From: Synechococcus sp.
GTDB taxonomy: Bacteria > Cyanobacteriota > Cyanobacteriia > PCC-6307 > Cyanobiaceae
Assembly: GCA_047285535.1 (NCBI GenBank)
Contig: JBJBDC010000001.1
Location: 2,432,136-2,496,135 of the forward strand
DNA length: 64,000 nucleotides
Direction of reading: 5' to 3'
A program made the translations under genes and the position numbers. Below, one piece after another: positions 49,316 to 60,182 of this stretch. Position 1 is the stretch's first letter. Every line of letters starts with the position of its first letter. A model generated the notes under the pieces. It made no database searches. It was not told the origin of the DNA and was given only the letters and a program-made list of their open reading frames with translations.

Positions 49316-50590
49316 TTTGACCTCCCCGGGCTTGGAGCTGAAAGGACCAACACCGGCTGAACGAGCGAGCAGTTCCATGGGATGGCGAACCTCGGGGCCT
49401 TCTTGGCTGAGATGGCGCCTGAGTTGCAGGCTGCAGCCGATATTGGCGCTGGCGACAATCTCGGCTCCGGTGCTGCTGAGGTCGGCAGCCTTGAGTTGGC
49501 CGAGCTCCGCTGCTTCCTCCGGTTGCACCAGGTTGTAGATGCCGGCACTTCCGCAGCACACCCCCGCTTCTGTGGCCTCTTTGAGTTGGAGTTGAGGAAT
49601 GGCGCGCAGCAAGTCTCTCGGTTGGGCAGCAATCCCCTGGCCATGAATCATGTGGCATGCATCGTGATAGGCCACGGTGCAGGGCAGCGGTGTAAGGGCC
49701 TCCCGAAATGAGTCTGAGAGCCCTTGATTGAAAAGGAATTCGTGGACGTCCAATACCGGAGCGTTGAAGTTTTCGCTGCTATCCAGAAGCTCCCCATAGG
49801 CCTTCATGGTGTGGCCGCAACCGGAGGCGGCCACCAGCACCGCATCCAAGGCTTCATCGGCAAAGCTCTGCACTAACTCGCTAGCCAGCTTCTGGGTTTG
49901 TTTGAGTTGCCCTTGGTGATGACTCACTGCACCACAGCAGCCTTGATGGGCTGGGATCACCACCTCGAAGCCATTGGCTTGAAGGACGGCCACCGTGGCT
50001 GCGTTGACCCCAGGATCAAAGCACCGTTGGACACAGCCGAGCACCAATCCCACCCGGCCGCGTTGCTCTCCTCGTGCAGGAGAAACATGTGGGAAGCAAT
50101 CGAAAAAACCCTCTGGTGGTAAAGGCGGGAGCAGCGCTTCCATCGCTTCGAGTTGTGGACCCAGAAGTTTTAAAAGACCTGTGCGCCGTGTAAGGCGTTG
50201 TAATCCTGTTCCTGCGTAGGTGCGTAACGGAAGCAGAAGTGCTCGCAGCCGGTTGGGGTAAGGCAGCACCTGGAGCAGCAGGTGACGGAAGCTGGTTTGC
50301 CAGCTGCTACGGAATTCAGGTTGGTTGAGTTTCGGACGGGTTGCTTCGATCAGCTGGTCATAACGAACTCCTGATGGACAGGCGCTGACGCAAGCGAAGC
50401 AGCCCAAGCAGCTATCGAAATGGCTGGCCACTGTGGCATCCAGTTCAAGTTCACCGACTTCGATCGCTTTCAGGGTGTGGATGCGTCCACGTGGGGAATC
50501 CATCTCTGTGCCAAGTACCCGGTAGCTCGCGCAGGTAGGCAGGCAAAAACCGCAGTGAACACAGGGGTCGCTTGGATCGACAAAAGCCAT
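49280..50590 (-). CDS. glcF: Glycolate oxidase iron-sulfur subunit
   Basis: Two CxxCxxCxxxC ferredoxin motifs and two CCG domains. Confidence 0.92.
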   Translation of the reverse strand: MAFVDPSDPCVHCGFCLPTCASYRVLGTEMDSPRGRIHTLKAIEVGELELDATVASHFDSCLGCFACVSACPSGVRYDQLIEATRPKLNQPEFRSSWQTSFRHLLLQVLPYPNRLRALLLPLRTYAGTGLQRLTRRTGLLKLLGPQLEAMEALLPPLPPEGFFDCFPHVSPARGEQRGRVGLVLGCVQRCFDPGVNAATVAVLQANGFEVVIPAHQGCCGAVSHHQGQLKQTQKLASELVQSFADEALDAVLVAASGCGHTMKAYGELLDSSENFNAPVLDVHEFLFNQGLSDSFREALTPLPCTVAYHDACHMIHGQGIAAQPRDLLRAIPQLQLKEATEAGVCCGSAGIYNLVQPEEAAELGQLKAADLSSTGAEIVASANIGCSLQLRRHLSQEGPEVRHPMELLARSAGVGPFSSKPGEVKSKNGLMTAVGL

Positions 50591-50809
50591 AGGTCAATTC
50601 TGGCCTGAATCACCCCGTTGCTGTGTACAGGCGCTTAATGATTTCGTCTCCATTAAGGCTGATTGCTCGTCAATCTCCGCAGGAGACTGGATCTGCCTTT
50701 GGTGTGAAAGAAAAAGGATGAAGCAATCAACGGTCGCTACGGGAGGCTCTATTGGCTGAGCCCCTGCTTGGGTCCCTCAGGAGTTTGAGGTGTTGAAGAC
50801 TTTCTGTCA

Positions 50810-52009
50810 TTGGGACATGGGGAGGCTGAGTCAACATCGCGACGGGGTTGGGAGCTGAAAGAGGGTCTCGGGATGCATCAATGCAATGCCGTTGGTCCTC
50901 TACCCGCCAAAGTCAGCACAACGTTGTTGATTAGCCAAGTGCTTCGTCTGCTGCACTCGCGTTGGTTGTGGCTACCGCTTGTTGCCATCAACTTGTGGGC
51001 TGCCCAGAGCCTGATTAAAGGCTTGGGACCGATTCCGGTGATGTTGATCACGGCGGCGTTGCTGGCGTTCATTCTTGCTCAGCCTGTGGCGTTATTGATG
51101 GCCTGGGGGTTAAGGCGCTCGGTTGCACTTGCAATCGTTCTGGGGGTGATGGGTTGCGCCATGGTGGTCTTGGCTGGGCTCTTGATGCCCCTTTTCTTTG
51201 AACAGCTGCAGGCCCTGATCAGTGGCCTTCCGCTCTGGATTCAATCGGCGATCAGCAATCTGCAGCACCTTGACAAAAATTTGGATCGTTTTGGCGTCAC
51301 GGTCTCCCTGCAGCCATTACAGGACTGGCTGCGAGCGTTGCTTCAGCAGATGGCAGCACGGGTTGGTCTGGAGGGCCCGCGTCTTATCGGCTCCGGTTTG
51401 GGTGTCTTGCTCCATCTTGTCCTGGAGCTTTTTCTCGTGCTTTTTTTGCTGATGGGAGGTCGCTCTCAGGTGGAGTGGCTGCTGGGCTGGATAGCGGTTC
51501 AATCCAGAGAGCGATTGATCATCATCAGCGATCGGGTGCTACGCACCTATCTGTGGGGGTGGACGGTCACTGCTGTTCTCTACGGCATCGCTTTATGGCT
51601 GGTGTTGTGGCTCTTGAAGATTCCCTATGCCCTGGTATTTGCGGTGTTGGTCAGCGCCACCACTCTGGTGCCCTATGCCGGTGCGATTTCAATCCTTTTA
51701 CTTTCAGCTTTATTGATGCTTGTGGCTCCAGCAGAGGGACTGCGTTTTTTGCTCGGTGCGATCCTCACTGGCCAGGTGATGGATCACACGGTCTATCCCA
51801 TGTTGATGAACAGGATTTTTAGTTTCCCTCCGGTTTCGGTGATTTTGATTGTCTTGCTGGGAGGTCAGTTCTTCAGCTTGCTTGGTCTTCCGGCTGTTTT
51901 GGGATTGCTCTTGGCGCTTCCCATTGCTGCGACGTTGCGGGAGCTGCTTCAGGCCCCAGATCTAGGGAAACCTTCTTTCCCAGAATCTGAAGACCATATG
52001 TCGTCCTGA
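50810..52009 (+). CDS. AI-2E family transporter
   Basis: LLAFILAQPV, VPYAG, YPMLM and LLLALPIAA motifs. True start probably downstream. Confidence 0.85.
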   Translation: MGHGEAESTSRRGWELKEGLGMHQCNAVGPLPAKVSTTLLISQVLRLLHSRWLWLPLVAINLWAAQSLIKGLGPIPVMLITAALLAFILAQPVALLMAWGLRRSVALAIVLGVMGCAMVVLAGLLMPLFFEQLQALISGLPLWIQSAISNLQHLDKNLDRFGVTVSLQPLQDWLRALLQQMAARVGLEGPRLIGSGLGVLLHLVLELFLVLFLLMGGRSQVEWLLGWIAVQSRERLIIISDRVLRTYLWGWTVTAVLYGIALWLVLWLLKIPYALVFAVLVSATTLVPYAGAISILLLSALLMLVAPAEGLRFLLGAILTGQVMDHTVYPMLMNRIFSFPPVSVILIVLLGGQFFSLLGLPAVLGLLLALPIAATLRELLQAPDLGKPSFPESEDHMSS

Positions 52010-52026
52010 GCTCGTTTTGGTTCCAA

Positions 52027-53451
52027 TCAGAACCTTTCGATGATCGCTTCAGCAAAGCCACTACAGCTCACTGGATCCACTTTGGGTTCCATCAAGCGGG
52101 CAAGGTCATAGGTGACCTGCTTGTCCTTAATGGCTGCGCTGAGCCCTTTGGTGATGAGATCAGCAGCCTCCTGCCAACCCAGGAACTCCAGCATCATCAC
52201 GCCACTCAAGATCACTGAACCTGGGTTGATTCGATCCAGTCCCGCATGCTTAGGCGCTGTGCCATGGGTGGCCTCAAAGATGGCGGCGGTTTCGCCGATG
52301 TTGGCCCCTGGAGCCATGCCAAGACCTCCCACCATCGCGGCAGCGGCATCGGAGATGTAGTCGCCGTTGAGGTTGAGGGTGGCTAAAATTGAATACTCCT
52401 GAGGCCGGGTTTGGATCTGCTGGAAGATGCTGTCGGCGATGCGGTCATCCACTAACACCATGCTTTTCCATTTTCCGTAGCCGTGGCTTTCGCCAATCGC
52501 TGCGAGTACATCTCTCACTTCCGAATCGATCGCCTCTTTTTTTTCAGGCGTCAGGCTGTCGTAGCCAGGCTCAATCATGCGTGCATTGTCCTGGGCGCTG
52601 AGAGAGTGATCCCGATCGAGATTATCGAGAATCCAACTTTCTCGTTCCGTGATGCAAACATCGCGGAATTCAGTGGTGGCTAGCTCATAGCCCCAGTCGC
52701 GGAAAGCTCCTTCCGTGAACTTCATGATGTTGCCTTTGTGCACCAGCGTGACGTGACGCTTGTTTCCTTCCAAGCGCAGGGCGTGTTGGATGGCTTTGCG
52801 GATGTGGCGTTGGCTGCCGTGTTTGCTCACGGGCTTGATCCCGATGCCGGATCCATCTGGGATCTGTCGCTTGCCGAGCTTGCCGTTCGCGGGAATGACC
52901 ACCTCATTGAGATGCTTGCGCAGCTCTTGGCCGATCGGGTCGTCTGCTTCCCACTCAACTCCCATGTAGATGTCTTCGGTGTTTTCCCGATACACAATCA
53001 CGTCTAAATCTTCTGGATGCTTGTGCGGGCTTGGTGTGCCTTCGTAATAGCGGCAAGGGCGGACGCAGGAATAGAGATCAAACAGCTGACGCAGTGCCAC
53101 ATTCAGAGAGCGGATGCCGCCACCGATGGGTGTGGTGAGCGGTCCTTTTATGGCCACTCCATAGCTGCGGATCGCTTGAAGGGTGTCCTCAGGAAGATAT
53201 TGATACGTGCCATACAGGTCGCAGGCTTCATCGCCGGCATAGACCTTGAACCACTCGATGGTTTTTTCGTCGTTGTATGCCTTAGCAACGGCAGCATCCA
53301 GCACTTTTTGGGTTGCAGGCCATATGTCAACACCTGTGCCGTCGCCACGGATGAAAGGAATGATCGGGTTCTTGGCCACCACGGGTTGGCCATTTTCGAA
53401 GCGGATTGGGGTGCCCTTTGTGGGGGCAGTGAGCTTCTCAAACTGAGCCAT
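52027..53451 (-). CDS. icd: NADP-dependent isocitrate dehydrogenase
   Basis: [37 protein letters not shown] and HGTAPK motifs. Confidence 0.98.
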   Translation of the reverse strand: MAQFEKLTAPTKGTPIRFENGQPVVAKNPIIPFIRGDGTGVDIWPATQKVLDAAVAKAYNDEKTIEWFKVYAGDEACDLYGTYQYLPEDTLQAIRSYGVAIKGPLTTPIGGGIRSLNVALRQLFDLYSCVRPCRYYEGTPSPHKHPEDLDVIVYRENTEDIYMGVEWEADDPIGQELRKHLNEVVIPANGKLGKRQIPDGSGIGIKPVSKHGSQRHIRKAIQHALRLEGNKRHVTLVHKGNIMKFTEGAFRDWGYELATTEFRDVCITERESWILDNLDRDHSLSAQDNARMIEPGYDSLTPEKKEAIDSEVRDVLAAIGESHGYGKWKSMVLVDDRIADSIFQQIQTRPQEYSILATLNLNGDYISDAAAAMVGGLGMAPGANIGETAAIFEATHGTAPKHAGLDRINPGSVILSGVMMLEFLGWQEAADLITKGLSAAIKDKQVTYDLARLMEPKVDPVSCSGFAEAIIERF

Positions 53452-53554
53452 AGCTTTTTGATGCCGCCGCGCGGCTTTATTCCTAAGAGGAGCCTATGAC
53501 TCAGAGTCTCGAGGTCGATCTCTACAGTTCGACCTGACCTACCTTTCGCGACCG

Positions 53555-54505
53555 ATGTCGAAACCACTAGGTGTGTGGGTAGTAGCTGCTTGTTTCAACG
53601 AGCAAACAGTGATTACTGATTTCATCGAGCGTGTGGTTGCTCTGCCAGAGGTGGAACGCTTAGTGCTCATTGATGATGGATCCACTGATTCCACTGTGGA
53701 TCAAATTCGTAGTTGGCAAGATCGACAAGCTGATCGTTGTCAAACAGCATCGTTGACACTGTTAGAACTCACGCGCAACTTCGGCAAAGAAGCAGCAATG
53801 CTGGCTGGATTGGACTATGCCCGAGGCCAATGTGCTGCATTGGTGCTAATTGATTCAGACCTTCAGCATCCACCTGAGCTGATCTTGGACATGGTGGAGC
53901 AATGGCGTAATGGTGCGGAGGTGGTTACAGCGGTTCGTGATGATCGTGATCAGGAATCTCGCTTAAAGGTCGCAAGTGCGTCCTGGTTTTACCGAGTCTT
54001 TAACAAGCTCGTAGACTCCATTCAACTTAAGGAGGGCGCTGGGGACTATCGGCTGTTGTCTAGTCCTGTAATCGACGCCCTAACTAGCCTGAGGGAATCA
54101 AGCCGCTTTTCTAAAGGACTTTTGCCTTGGACAGGATTTTGTAGCGTTGAACTCCCTTATCAGCGTGTCAATCGTATTGGCGGCAAGACCTCATGGAGTC
54201 CACTCAAGCTTTGGGGTTATGCGTTAGACGGTATTTTTTCATTTTCAGTGCTGCCTCTAAAGGTGTGGACAGTAATCGGAGTATTGGTTTCACTGATGAG
54301 CATGGTTTATGCACTTGTGATCTTGCTGGATACCTTGTTGACTGGAATTGATGCTCCTGGTTTCGCAAGTTTGATTGTGGCAATTCTTTTCCTTGGTGGT
54401 ATTCAACTGATTGGAATTGGAGTTCTTGGTGAATATATCGGTAGGATTTATGTAGAGTCCAAGGCAAGGCCGCATTATTTTGTCCGCAATGTTTATGAGG
54501 CCTAG
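53555..54505 (+). CDS. GtrB/ArnC-like polyprenol-phosphate glycosyltransferase (GT2)
   Basis: IDDGSTD, RNFGKEAA, DSDLQHPP and GEYIGRIY motifs; two C-terminal TMs. Confidence 0.93.
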   Translation: MSKPLGVWVVAACFNEQTVITDFIERVVALPEVERLVLIDDGSTDSTVDQIRSWQDRQADRCQTASLTLLELTRNFGKEAAMLAGLDYARGQCAALVLIDSDLQHPPELILDMVEQWRNGAEVVTAVRDDRDQESRLKVASASWFYRVFNKLVDSIQLKEGAGDYRLLSSPVIDALTSLRESSRFSKGLLPWTGFCSVELPYQRVNRIGGKTSWSPLKLWGYALDGIFSFSVLPLKVWTVIGVLVSLMSMVYALVILLDTLLTGIDAPGFASLIVAILFLGGIQLIGIGVLGEYIGRIYVESKARPHYFVRNVYEA

Positions 54506-54522
54506 GACGCTCTGTATAATAT

Positions 54523-56439
54523 TTAAAAATTATTTTGTTTTGCGGGTTGGATCTCGGAATTGATTTTGTTTATTTCAAAAATTTGGCCGTTGACTCTATT
54601 TGTCTTTTGATGATTAAAGCCATAGATTAAATTTAGATAGTGAGCAGGTATTTCTGGATACATTCTTTCTTCATTTGTCCTGTCAATATTAATAAAAAAA
54701 TCACCCTGTTTGGGACTGTATGTTGAATCTGATGATTCTCCAGTTCCGTCCTTGATTTTGAAGGTATTTGTTTCCGGATTCCACTCAATAAGTGCATTGT
54801 AGCGGAGACGATTTAAATGCCTTGACTCGCTAAACCAAGAATCTTTGCTGTAGATAAGATTGACTTGGCGCCCTTGGTCTATGTGCTTTCTTGTAAGTTT
54901 ATCTAGTGTATCATAAGTTTCTTCCCATGAATTATGAAGCTCATGAACCCTTGAGGCGTGACCATAAAAAGATGTTTGAGTATCAATATGCTCTAATCCG
55001 ACTATCAATATGCTTCCACCAACGCCAATAGCATTGATAATTTCTTTTCTTTTTGTTTTGCTATTTAGTTGGCCTGAGACCAGGGTCCATACCCATAAAA
55101 TATTTAATACAGATGCGAATACGAACGGCAAGTATAGATAGCTATAGCCCTCAATGCTTATGAGAAAATAGAGAGCGATTGCGTAAAGAATTGACGCAAA
55201 ATTGATGGCATCTAAAAGATTGGCTTTCATTTTTCCCATCAGAATTAATCCGTATCTGATGCTCGCTATTGAGGCTAGAATCCAGAACCTGAGATCGGGA
55301 TTGAAAATGCTTGTTTTGGATTTATCGGCGTAAGACTCATTGGCTAAATATGTACTCGGGATAAGAGATAAAAATATATATGTGATCGCAAATATTAAAA
55401 ATAGATAGCATAGCCACAGCTCTAGCTTGTTGTGGCTGTAAAAATTTTCCCATCTTGCCTTCCATGTGTTTGTGTTGAGTTGCTTTATGGAAGTATTTTG
55501 CTCATCTTCCCAGAGTGACGTCATCCTAAAGATAATGATCAAGACGGGCGGCGCTATGAATAAAATAAAAGCTATGTCTTTGAAGAAAATTCCCAAAATC
55601 GCTACTATAATTGATACGTAAAAGGAAGTCTGGTCCCTGTCCCTTTGATAGTTTAACAATGATATGCAGTAAATCGAAAAAAGAAAGGTCACCATTCTCT
55701 CTGCAAAATGAAGCTGAAAAAATGCATTGCCAACTGAAGCGTTGAATAATAGTAGGATTGATGAGATAAGGAGGAGTGAGGGTATGTTTTTTCGGAAGCT
55801 AATTCGCTCAATCAAGCGCTTGCTTAGAATGACGATGGTTATGAGTTCAGCTGCACTTGCTAGCATGAAAACTTTTACATAAGGGGTAAACCAGCTAAGG
55901 ATGTGTAGGTCTTGATGCGCGAGAGGGAATAATCTGTAGTCGGTTCGACGCAATGTTTCATTTACAAATTCGTATCTGATTGAAAAATTGTTTAATAAAT
56001 TGTTTTCGAAAAGTTCTTTCATCCACCCCATCAGTTCGCCGTGAAACCAAGTGGCTTCATGCAGGAGAACAATTGTGTATGCAGCGAATATGGTTGTGGA
56101 AATTGGATTCTTTCTTATAAATACCAGAGGCCTTGTGCCAAAAGGTTTGTTTTTTGGATCGTGTGTTGGTGATTTTGAATTTGCGACTATAGCTTTTTGC
56201 GTTAGCGTTAAAATGACTATCAGAAGTATAATTAAAAAGCTGTCGTAAGCGATTCCCAGGTATTGGCCTGCCAAGTCTTTTCCTGCTTGAGAATCTGGAT
56301 CGGGCAGAAGTTGTCTATTGTTTTGAATCCAAAGCCAAATACCCAGCCCGAAAGCACAAATTAATGTGGATATCAATGTTGTTTTTAATAACAATGTATC
56401 CCGTTCGTTATGGGTGTTGGTTTTATCAGCCTTGTTCAT
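54523..56439 (-). CDS. Polytopic membrane protein, probable GT-C transferase
   Basis: More than 10 TMs; YRLFPL, FAERM and FFKD loop motifs; AT-rich; lies between GtrB-like and GtrA-like genes. Confidence 0.65.
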   Translation of the reverse strand: MNKADKTNTHNERDTLLLKTTLISTLICAFGLGIWLWIQNNRQLLPDPDSQAGKDLAGQYLGIAYDSFLIILLIVILTLTQKAIVANSKSPTHDPKNKPFGTRPLVFIRKNPISTTIFAAYTIVLLHEATWFHGELMGWMKELFENNLLNNFSIRYEFVNETLRRTDYRLFPLAHQDLHILSWFTPYVKVFMLASAAELITIVILSKRLIERISFRKNIPSLLLISSILLLFNASVGNAFFQLHFAERMVTFLFSIYCISLLNYQRDRDQTSFYVSIIVAILGIFFKDIAFILFIAPPVLIIIFRMTSLWEDEQNTSIKQLNTNTWKARWENFYSHNKLELWLCYLFLIFAITYIFLSLIPSTYLANESYADKSKTSIFNPDLRFWILASIASIRYGLILMGKMKANLLDAINFASILYAIALYFLISIEGYSYLYLPFVFASVLNILWVWTLVSGQLNSKTKRKEIINAIGVGGSILIVGLEHIDTQTSFYGHASRVHELHNSWEETYDTLDKLTRKHIDQGRQVNLIYSKDSWFSESRHLNRLRYNALIEWNPETNTFKIKDGTGESSDSTYSPKQGDFFINIDRTNEERMYPEIPAHYLNLIYGFNHQKTNRVNGQIFEINKINSEIQPAKQNNF

Positions 56440-57692
56440 GGATTCTGTGTGTGTTGGATCATGTTAAGTAGGGCATCCCTTTCTAATTGGCGATAGTTTG
56501 ATGATGCGAAAGAATGAGATAGTTTAAAACCTTCTGCTGTAAGGTCGGTATTGAGAGGTGCGCTTGGATGAGCCAGAATGATAGGAGGTGTTTCCTGCTT
56601 GGATAAATCAGGCTGCTTGCACAGAATGTTCCACGCTGCTTGAAGAGGTACCGTTGTCATCTGGCCTGTAAAAATCACACCGGCAAAGCTACTATTTGTA
56701 GCGATCTTTTGCCTTTTTATGCGAATGCTGGCGATTTGGCTTAATACCTGAAGAATGATCCATTTTAGGAGGCCTGCCCTTCGCCAAGCATCCCACCAGT
56801 AACTAAGGGGAATACCAGTTGGTAGTGGCTCTCTTGTCGTTCTGATCCAAGTGATATTTACTGTTTTGCTGTGCTCGAGGATGACATCTAGGACCATGGG
56901 TACAAGATGAATGTGCTGATGACCATCGATGAAAATTTCACGATGGCCAGTCATCTTTTGATACAGTTTGAGTTGACTACCTATTTCATGGCGTAGAGCT
57001 CTCTTGAGTCTCTTGTGGAGTGGATATCCTGAAGGAAGTAATGACGCTAAGAGCCATTGCCCAAAACTAATCTGTAAGTGACCTCTTGAATTGATTAAGC
57101 TTTTGATTAAATTTTGAGAGGCTGTTGCAGGTCCTTCTGTGAGGCATAGATGAAGACATAGATGCAAGCCATCATTTTCTGCTTCGAGCACTTTCCATTC
57201 CTTGATACCTTGTTCTGCAGCTGACCCATTGACCAGCAGACTGGTACCAGTTAAATATCCTTTGCGAGATAATTGAAGAATTGCTTGATTGGTTTCGTGA
57301 CTTAGCCCAAGGTCGTCTGCATGGATTCTTGGGACTGGTCCCGGTCGACGAAAAAGAGCGCTGAATTTAGCGGCTTGTGACCAGATGAAGGCATTTAATG
57401 CTGTAGGTGTAAAAATAAGTATCCCAATCTTGACCGCATTTGGAAAAAAGACAGGAAGCGTTAGAGGGAGTATTCCGCAAACTGTCAGATTCAGGCTGTA
57501 TTGGATAGCGAGCCATCGCTTCGCGAAGTTTCTTCCTTCAGTTTCTTTTCGAAATGCATATCTGGCATGACCATAATAGCCTGTCAATGATGCTAAAAGA
57601 AAAGCGACTGGATTCGCAATCCAGATTGGCATGATCCGCACCAAAAATATTAATGCAGCTCCGTGGACGACAGCCGCGACAATGCCAATCAA
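56436..57692 (-). CDS. GtrA-like flippase fused to a YdjC/ChbG/HpnK deacetylase
   Basis: N-terminal four-TM GtrA-like part (ANPVAF, HARYAF), then HADDLG, LHLCLTEG, IDGHQHIH and AHP. Confidence 0.88.
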   Translation of the reverse strand: MIGIVAAVVHGAALIFLVRIMPIWIANPVAFLLASLTGYYGHARYAFRKETEGRNFAKRWLAIQYSLNLTVCGILPLTLPVFFPNAVKIGILIFTPTALNAFIWSQAAKFSALFRRPGPVPRIHADDLGLSHETNQAILQLSRKGYLTGTSLLVNGSAAEQGIKEWKVLEAENDGLHLCLHLCLTEGPATASQNLIKSLINSRGHLQISFGQWLLASLLPSGYPLHKRLKRALRHEIGSQLKLYQKMTGHREIFIDGHQHIHLVPMVLDVILEHSKTVNITWIRTTREPLPTGIPLSYWWDAWRRAGLLKWIILQVLSQIASIRIKRQKIATNSSFAGVIFTGQMTTVPLQAAWNILCKQPDLSKQETPPIILAHPSAPLNTDLTAEGFKLSHSFASSNYRQLERDALLNMIQHTQNP

Positions 57693-58338
57693 CGCATATA
57701 AGCTTGCTCGGGTGATGAGTGAAGTCAGGGATTTTGATTTTAAAGACTCAACATTAATGGTGATTGGACGCTTCTCGAGCTAACCTTCAAATATTGCCAA
57801 GAGTGATACACAACCTAATCGCCTCTGAATCGCTCAAACTGAAATTAGTCGAAACTTTTGCTACTGCTATTCCATTGTTGACGGGAGTATCGAGATGTTA
57901 TGGCTAATCTCGGACAATGGTGTAATGAGTTTCACTCAACTCTTGCTTGAGCTTAAAGGCCTGAATCTCTCTCTTCACTTTTCACGATGGCTCACCAATT
58001 TACCAGCTTGCAGCGATCCATCCTATTAGAGCATTGCTTTTAGGTCCTTTCAAGACACCGCTTTCGACATGTCCTTGGTGCCTTGCGTACTTCCTGAATG
58101 GTTTGTTTGAAGAGGGTGATCGGGTTGGCTGGAAACTTTGGGTGTCTGGCTTACGACGGGGAGTCCATCCATCCAGCATGGAGCGATTAAGTCAGTTGAA
58201 CGTAAGCAGGGGTGAGTTTTTGGGGCTTGTCAATTCGCCTGTATCTAAAGACGTCACTCCGTAACCCTTCGCAAAACTCCAAGGCTCTTCCCCCCATGCT
58301 GCTTTTAAGGTCAAGGGATCGCTATCTCCTTACTCTGA

Positions 58339-59052
58339 ATGTCTGTCGATCTTGCCTCTCAGCTCCGTGAAGGAACCAAGAAATCTCACACGATGGCTGA
58401 GAACACTGGCTTCGTTAGCTGCTTCCTCAAGGGTGTGGTGGACAAGCTCAGCTATCGCAAGCTCGTTGCGGATCTGTTTTTCGTTTATGAAGCGATGGAA
58501 GAGGAGATGCATAGGCTAAAAGAACATCCTGTGTTGGCTCCGATTGCTTTCGAACAGCTGGACCGAGTGTCAGCTCTTGAGGAAGACCTTGCCTTTTATT
58601 TCGGCTCAGACTGGCGTCAGGAAATCGAAGCATCGCCTTCTGCACAGGAGTACGTCAATCGGATTCGCGAGGTAGCTCAGACAGCCCCCGAATTGCTGGT
58701 TGGTCATCACTACACTCGCTACTTGGGGGATCTTTCCGGCGGTCAGATCCTGAAGAACATTGCTCAAAAGGCGATGAACAACCCCACAGATGATGGACTT
58801 CACTTTTATGTGTTTCCAGAGATTGAGGACGAAAAAGCTTTCAAAACCACCTATCGCTCTGCAATGAATGCATTGCCGATTGATCAGCCTATGGCCGATC
58901 GAATCGTTGAAGAAGCCAATCATGCCTTCCACCTCAATATGAAAATGTTTCAAGAGCTGGAAGGGAATTTGGTGGCCGCTATCGGTAAGGTCCTGTTTGG
59001 TTTCCTCACTCGCCGTCAGCGAACTGGAAGTACTGAGACTGTTGTGGCTTAA
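58339..59052 (+). CDS. ho1: Heme oxygenase (biliverdin-producing)
   Basis: LREGTKKSHTMAEN, HHYTRYLGDLSGGQIL and EANHAF motifs. Confidence 0.97.
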   Translation: MSVDLASQLREGTKKSHTMAENTGFVSCFLKGVVDKLSYRKLVADLFFVYEAMEEEMHRLKEHPVLAPIAFEQLDRVSALEEDLAFYFGSDWRQEIEASPSAQEYVNRIREVAQTAPELLVGHHYTRYLGDLSGGQILKNIAQKAMNNPTDDGLHFYVFPEIEDEKAFKTTYRSAMNALPIDQPMADRIVEEANHAFHLNMKMFQELEGNLVAAIGKVLFGFLTRRQRTGSTETVVA

Positions 59053-59055
59053 GTT

Positions 59056-60126
59056 GTGCTCAAGTCCATTCGCGTACTGGTGCCAGGCACCAGTACGCGT
59101 TTTCGTTGTGGTGGGCTGAGCGTTGCATTGCAGACGGCTCGTTTGCTGAGCTCACTTCGTCCAACCGAGGTTGTGACGTACAGAGCAAGGGAACCCGCTC
59201 ATCCATATCTTGATGATTTGCTCCGGCTTGAGTCTTCTCCAGGTGATTCGCTATGGCTTGTGAGCTGGGGATTTGATGTTCCTGGCCTCTTAAAGCAGTT
59301 GCAGTTTAGAAAGGTGGCTTATCAAGCTCACAGCACTGGATATGGTTTCAACCTGCCACCTGCTGTGCCAGTTATCGCAGTTAGTCGGAATACTTTGGGC
59401 TATTGGGGTGACAGGGCCCCTCGCAATCCTTTATTCCTTGTACCTAACGCCTTAGATCCGCAGTGGCAGGAAAGAGGTAGGAGGAGGTGTGGCTCTACTC
59501 CTCCTAGAGTGGTAGACGTGCTCGTCCAGCAACGTAAGAGCAGCCCGTACGTGTTAAATCAACTTGTTCCTGCGCTACGCGCAAAGGGCTTGAACGTTCA
59601 AGTGCAGACAGGTTGGGTGGATGACTTAGTAGAGATGTTTAACAGTGCCACGGTCTATCTCTATGACACGGCGGAATATTGGCGCGGTCAAGGAGTCAGC
59701 GAGGGTTTTGGATTGCCGCCTCTTGAGGCGCTCTCGTGTGGGTGTGTTGTCTTCAGCAGTTTCAACCATGCGCTTGCTGACACCCTTTCTCCTGGTGAAA
59801 CGGCCTATCAAATTGGTCAGGGTTCATTAATGAATGATGTTGTACGTATCTGTTCAGCTGTGTCAGATCCAGAGCATTGGCGGCCAGATCCAGATATTCT
59901 TGATTGCCTGCTCTCCGATCATTCAGAAGCGATTTTTTGTGATCGTTGGCGACTCGTTTTAGATTATTTGGATGGCCAAGAAGAGCTAGGAGGTCTTGGG
60001 TTGGATCCCCAACACGCTTTGCGTTCTGCTTCCACAAGGCGGCTTCGCTGGCAGGCTCGGCTTAAAAAAATTAAGTCTTTGCTGGCCACAGGAGCCAATC
60101 GGTTGCCCGGCTGGCTGAGGGTTTAA
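59056..60126 (+). CDS. Glycosyltransferase (GT4-like)
   Basis: CGGL; EGFGLPPLEALSCG. Confidence 0.88.
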   Translation: MLKSIRVLVPGTSTRFRCGGLSVALQTARLLSSLRPTEVVTYRAREPAHPYLDDLLRLESSPGDSLWLVSWGFDVPGLLKQLQFRKVAYQAHSTGYGFNLPPAVPVIAVSRNTLGYWGDRAPRNPLFLVPNALDPQWQERGRRRCGSTPPRVVDVLVQQRKSSPYVLNQLVPALRAKGLNVQVQTGWVDDLVEMFNSATVYLYDTAEYWRGQGVSEGFGLPPLEALSCGCVVFSSFNHALADTLSPGETAYQIGQGSLMNDVVRICSAVSDPEHWRPDPDILDCLLSDHSEAIFCDRWRLVLDYLDGQEELGGLGLDPQHALRSASTRRLRWQARLKKIKSLLATGANRLPGWLRV

Positions 60127-60182
60127 TGATTGGTGTTCGTGTAGATCTAAAATCTAGATAAATAGCGGATGATTGGTCTGCC

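Noticed and set aside
40199..53567. Numerous antisense or overlapping ORFs in core genes
   Set aside because: Shadow ORFs expected in GC-rich coding DNA.
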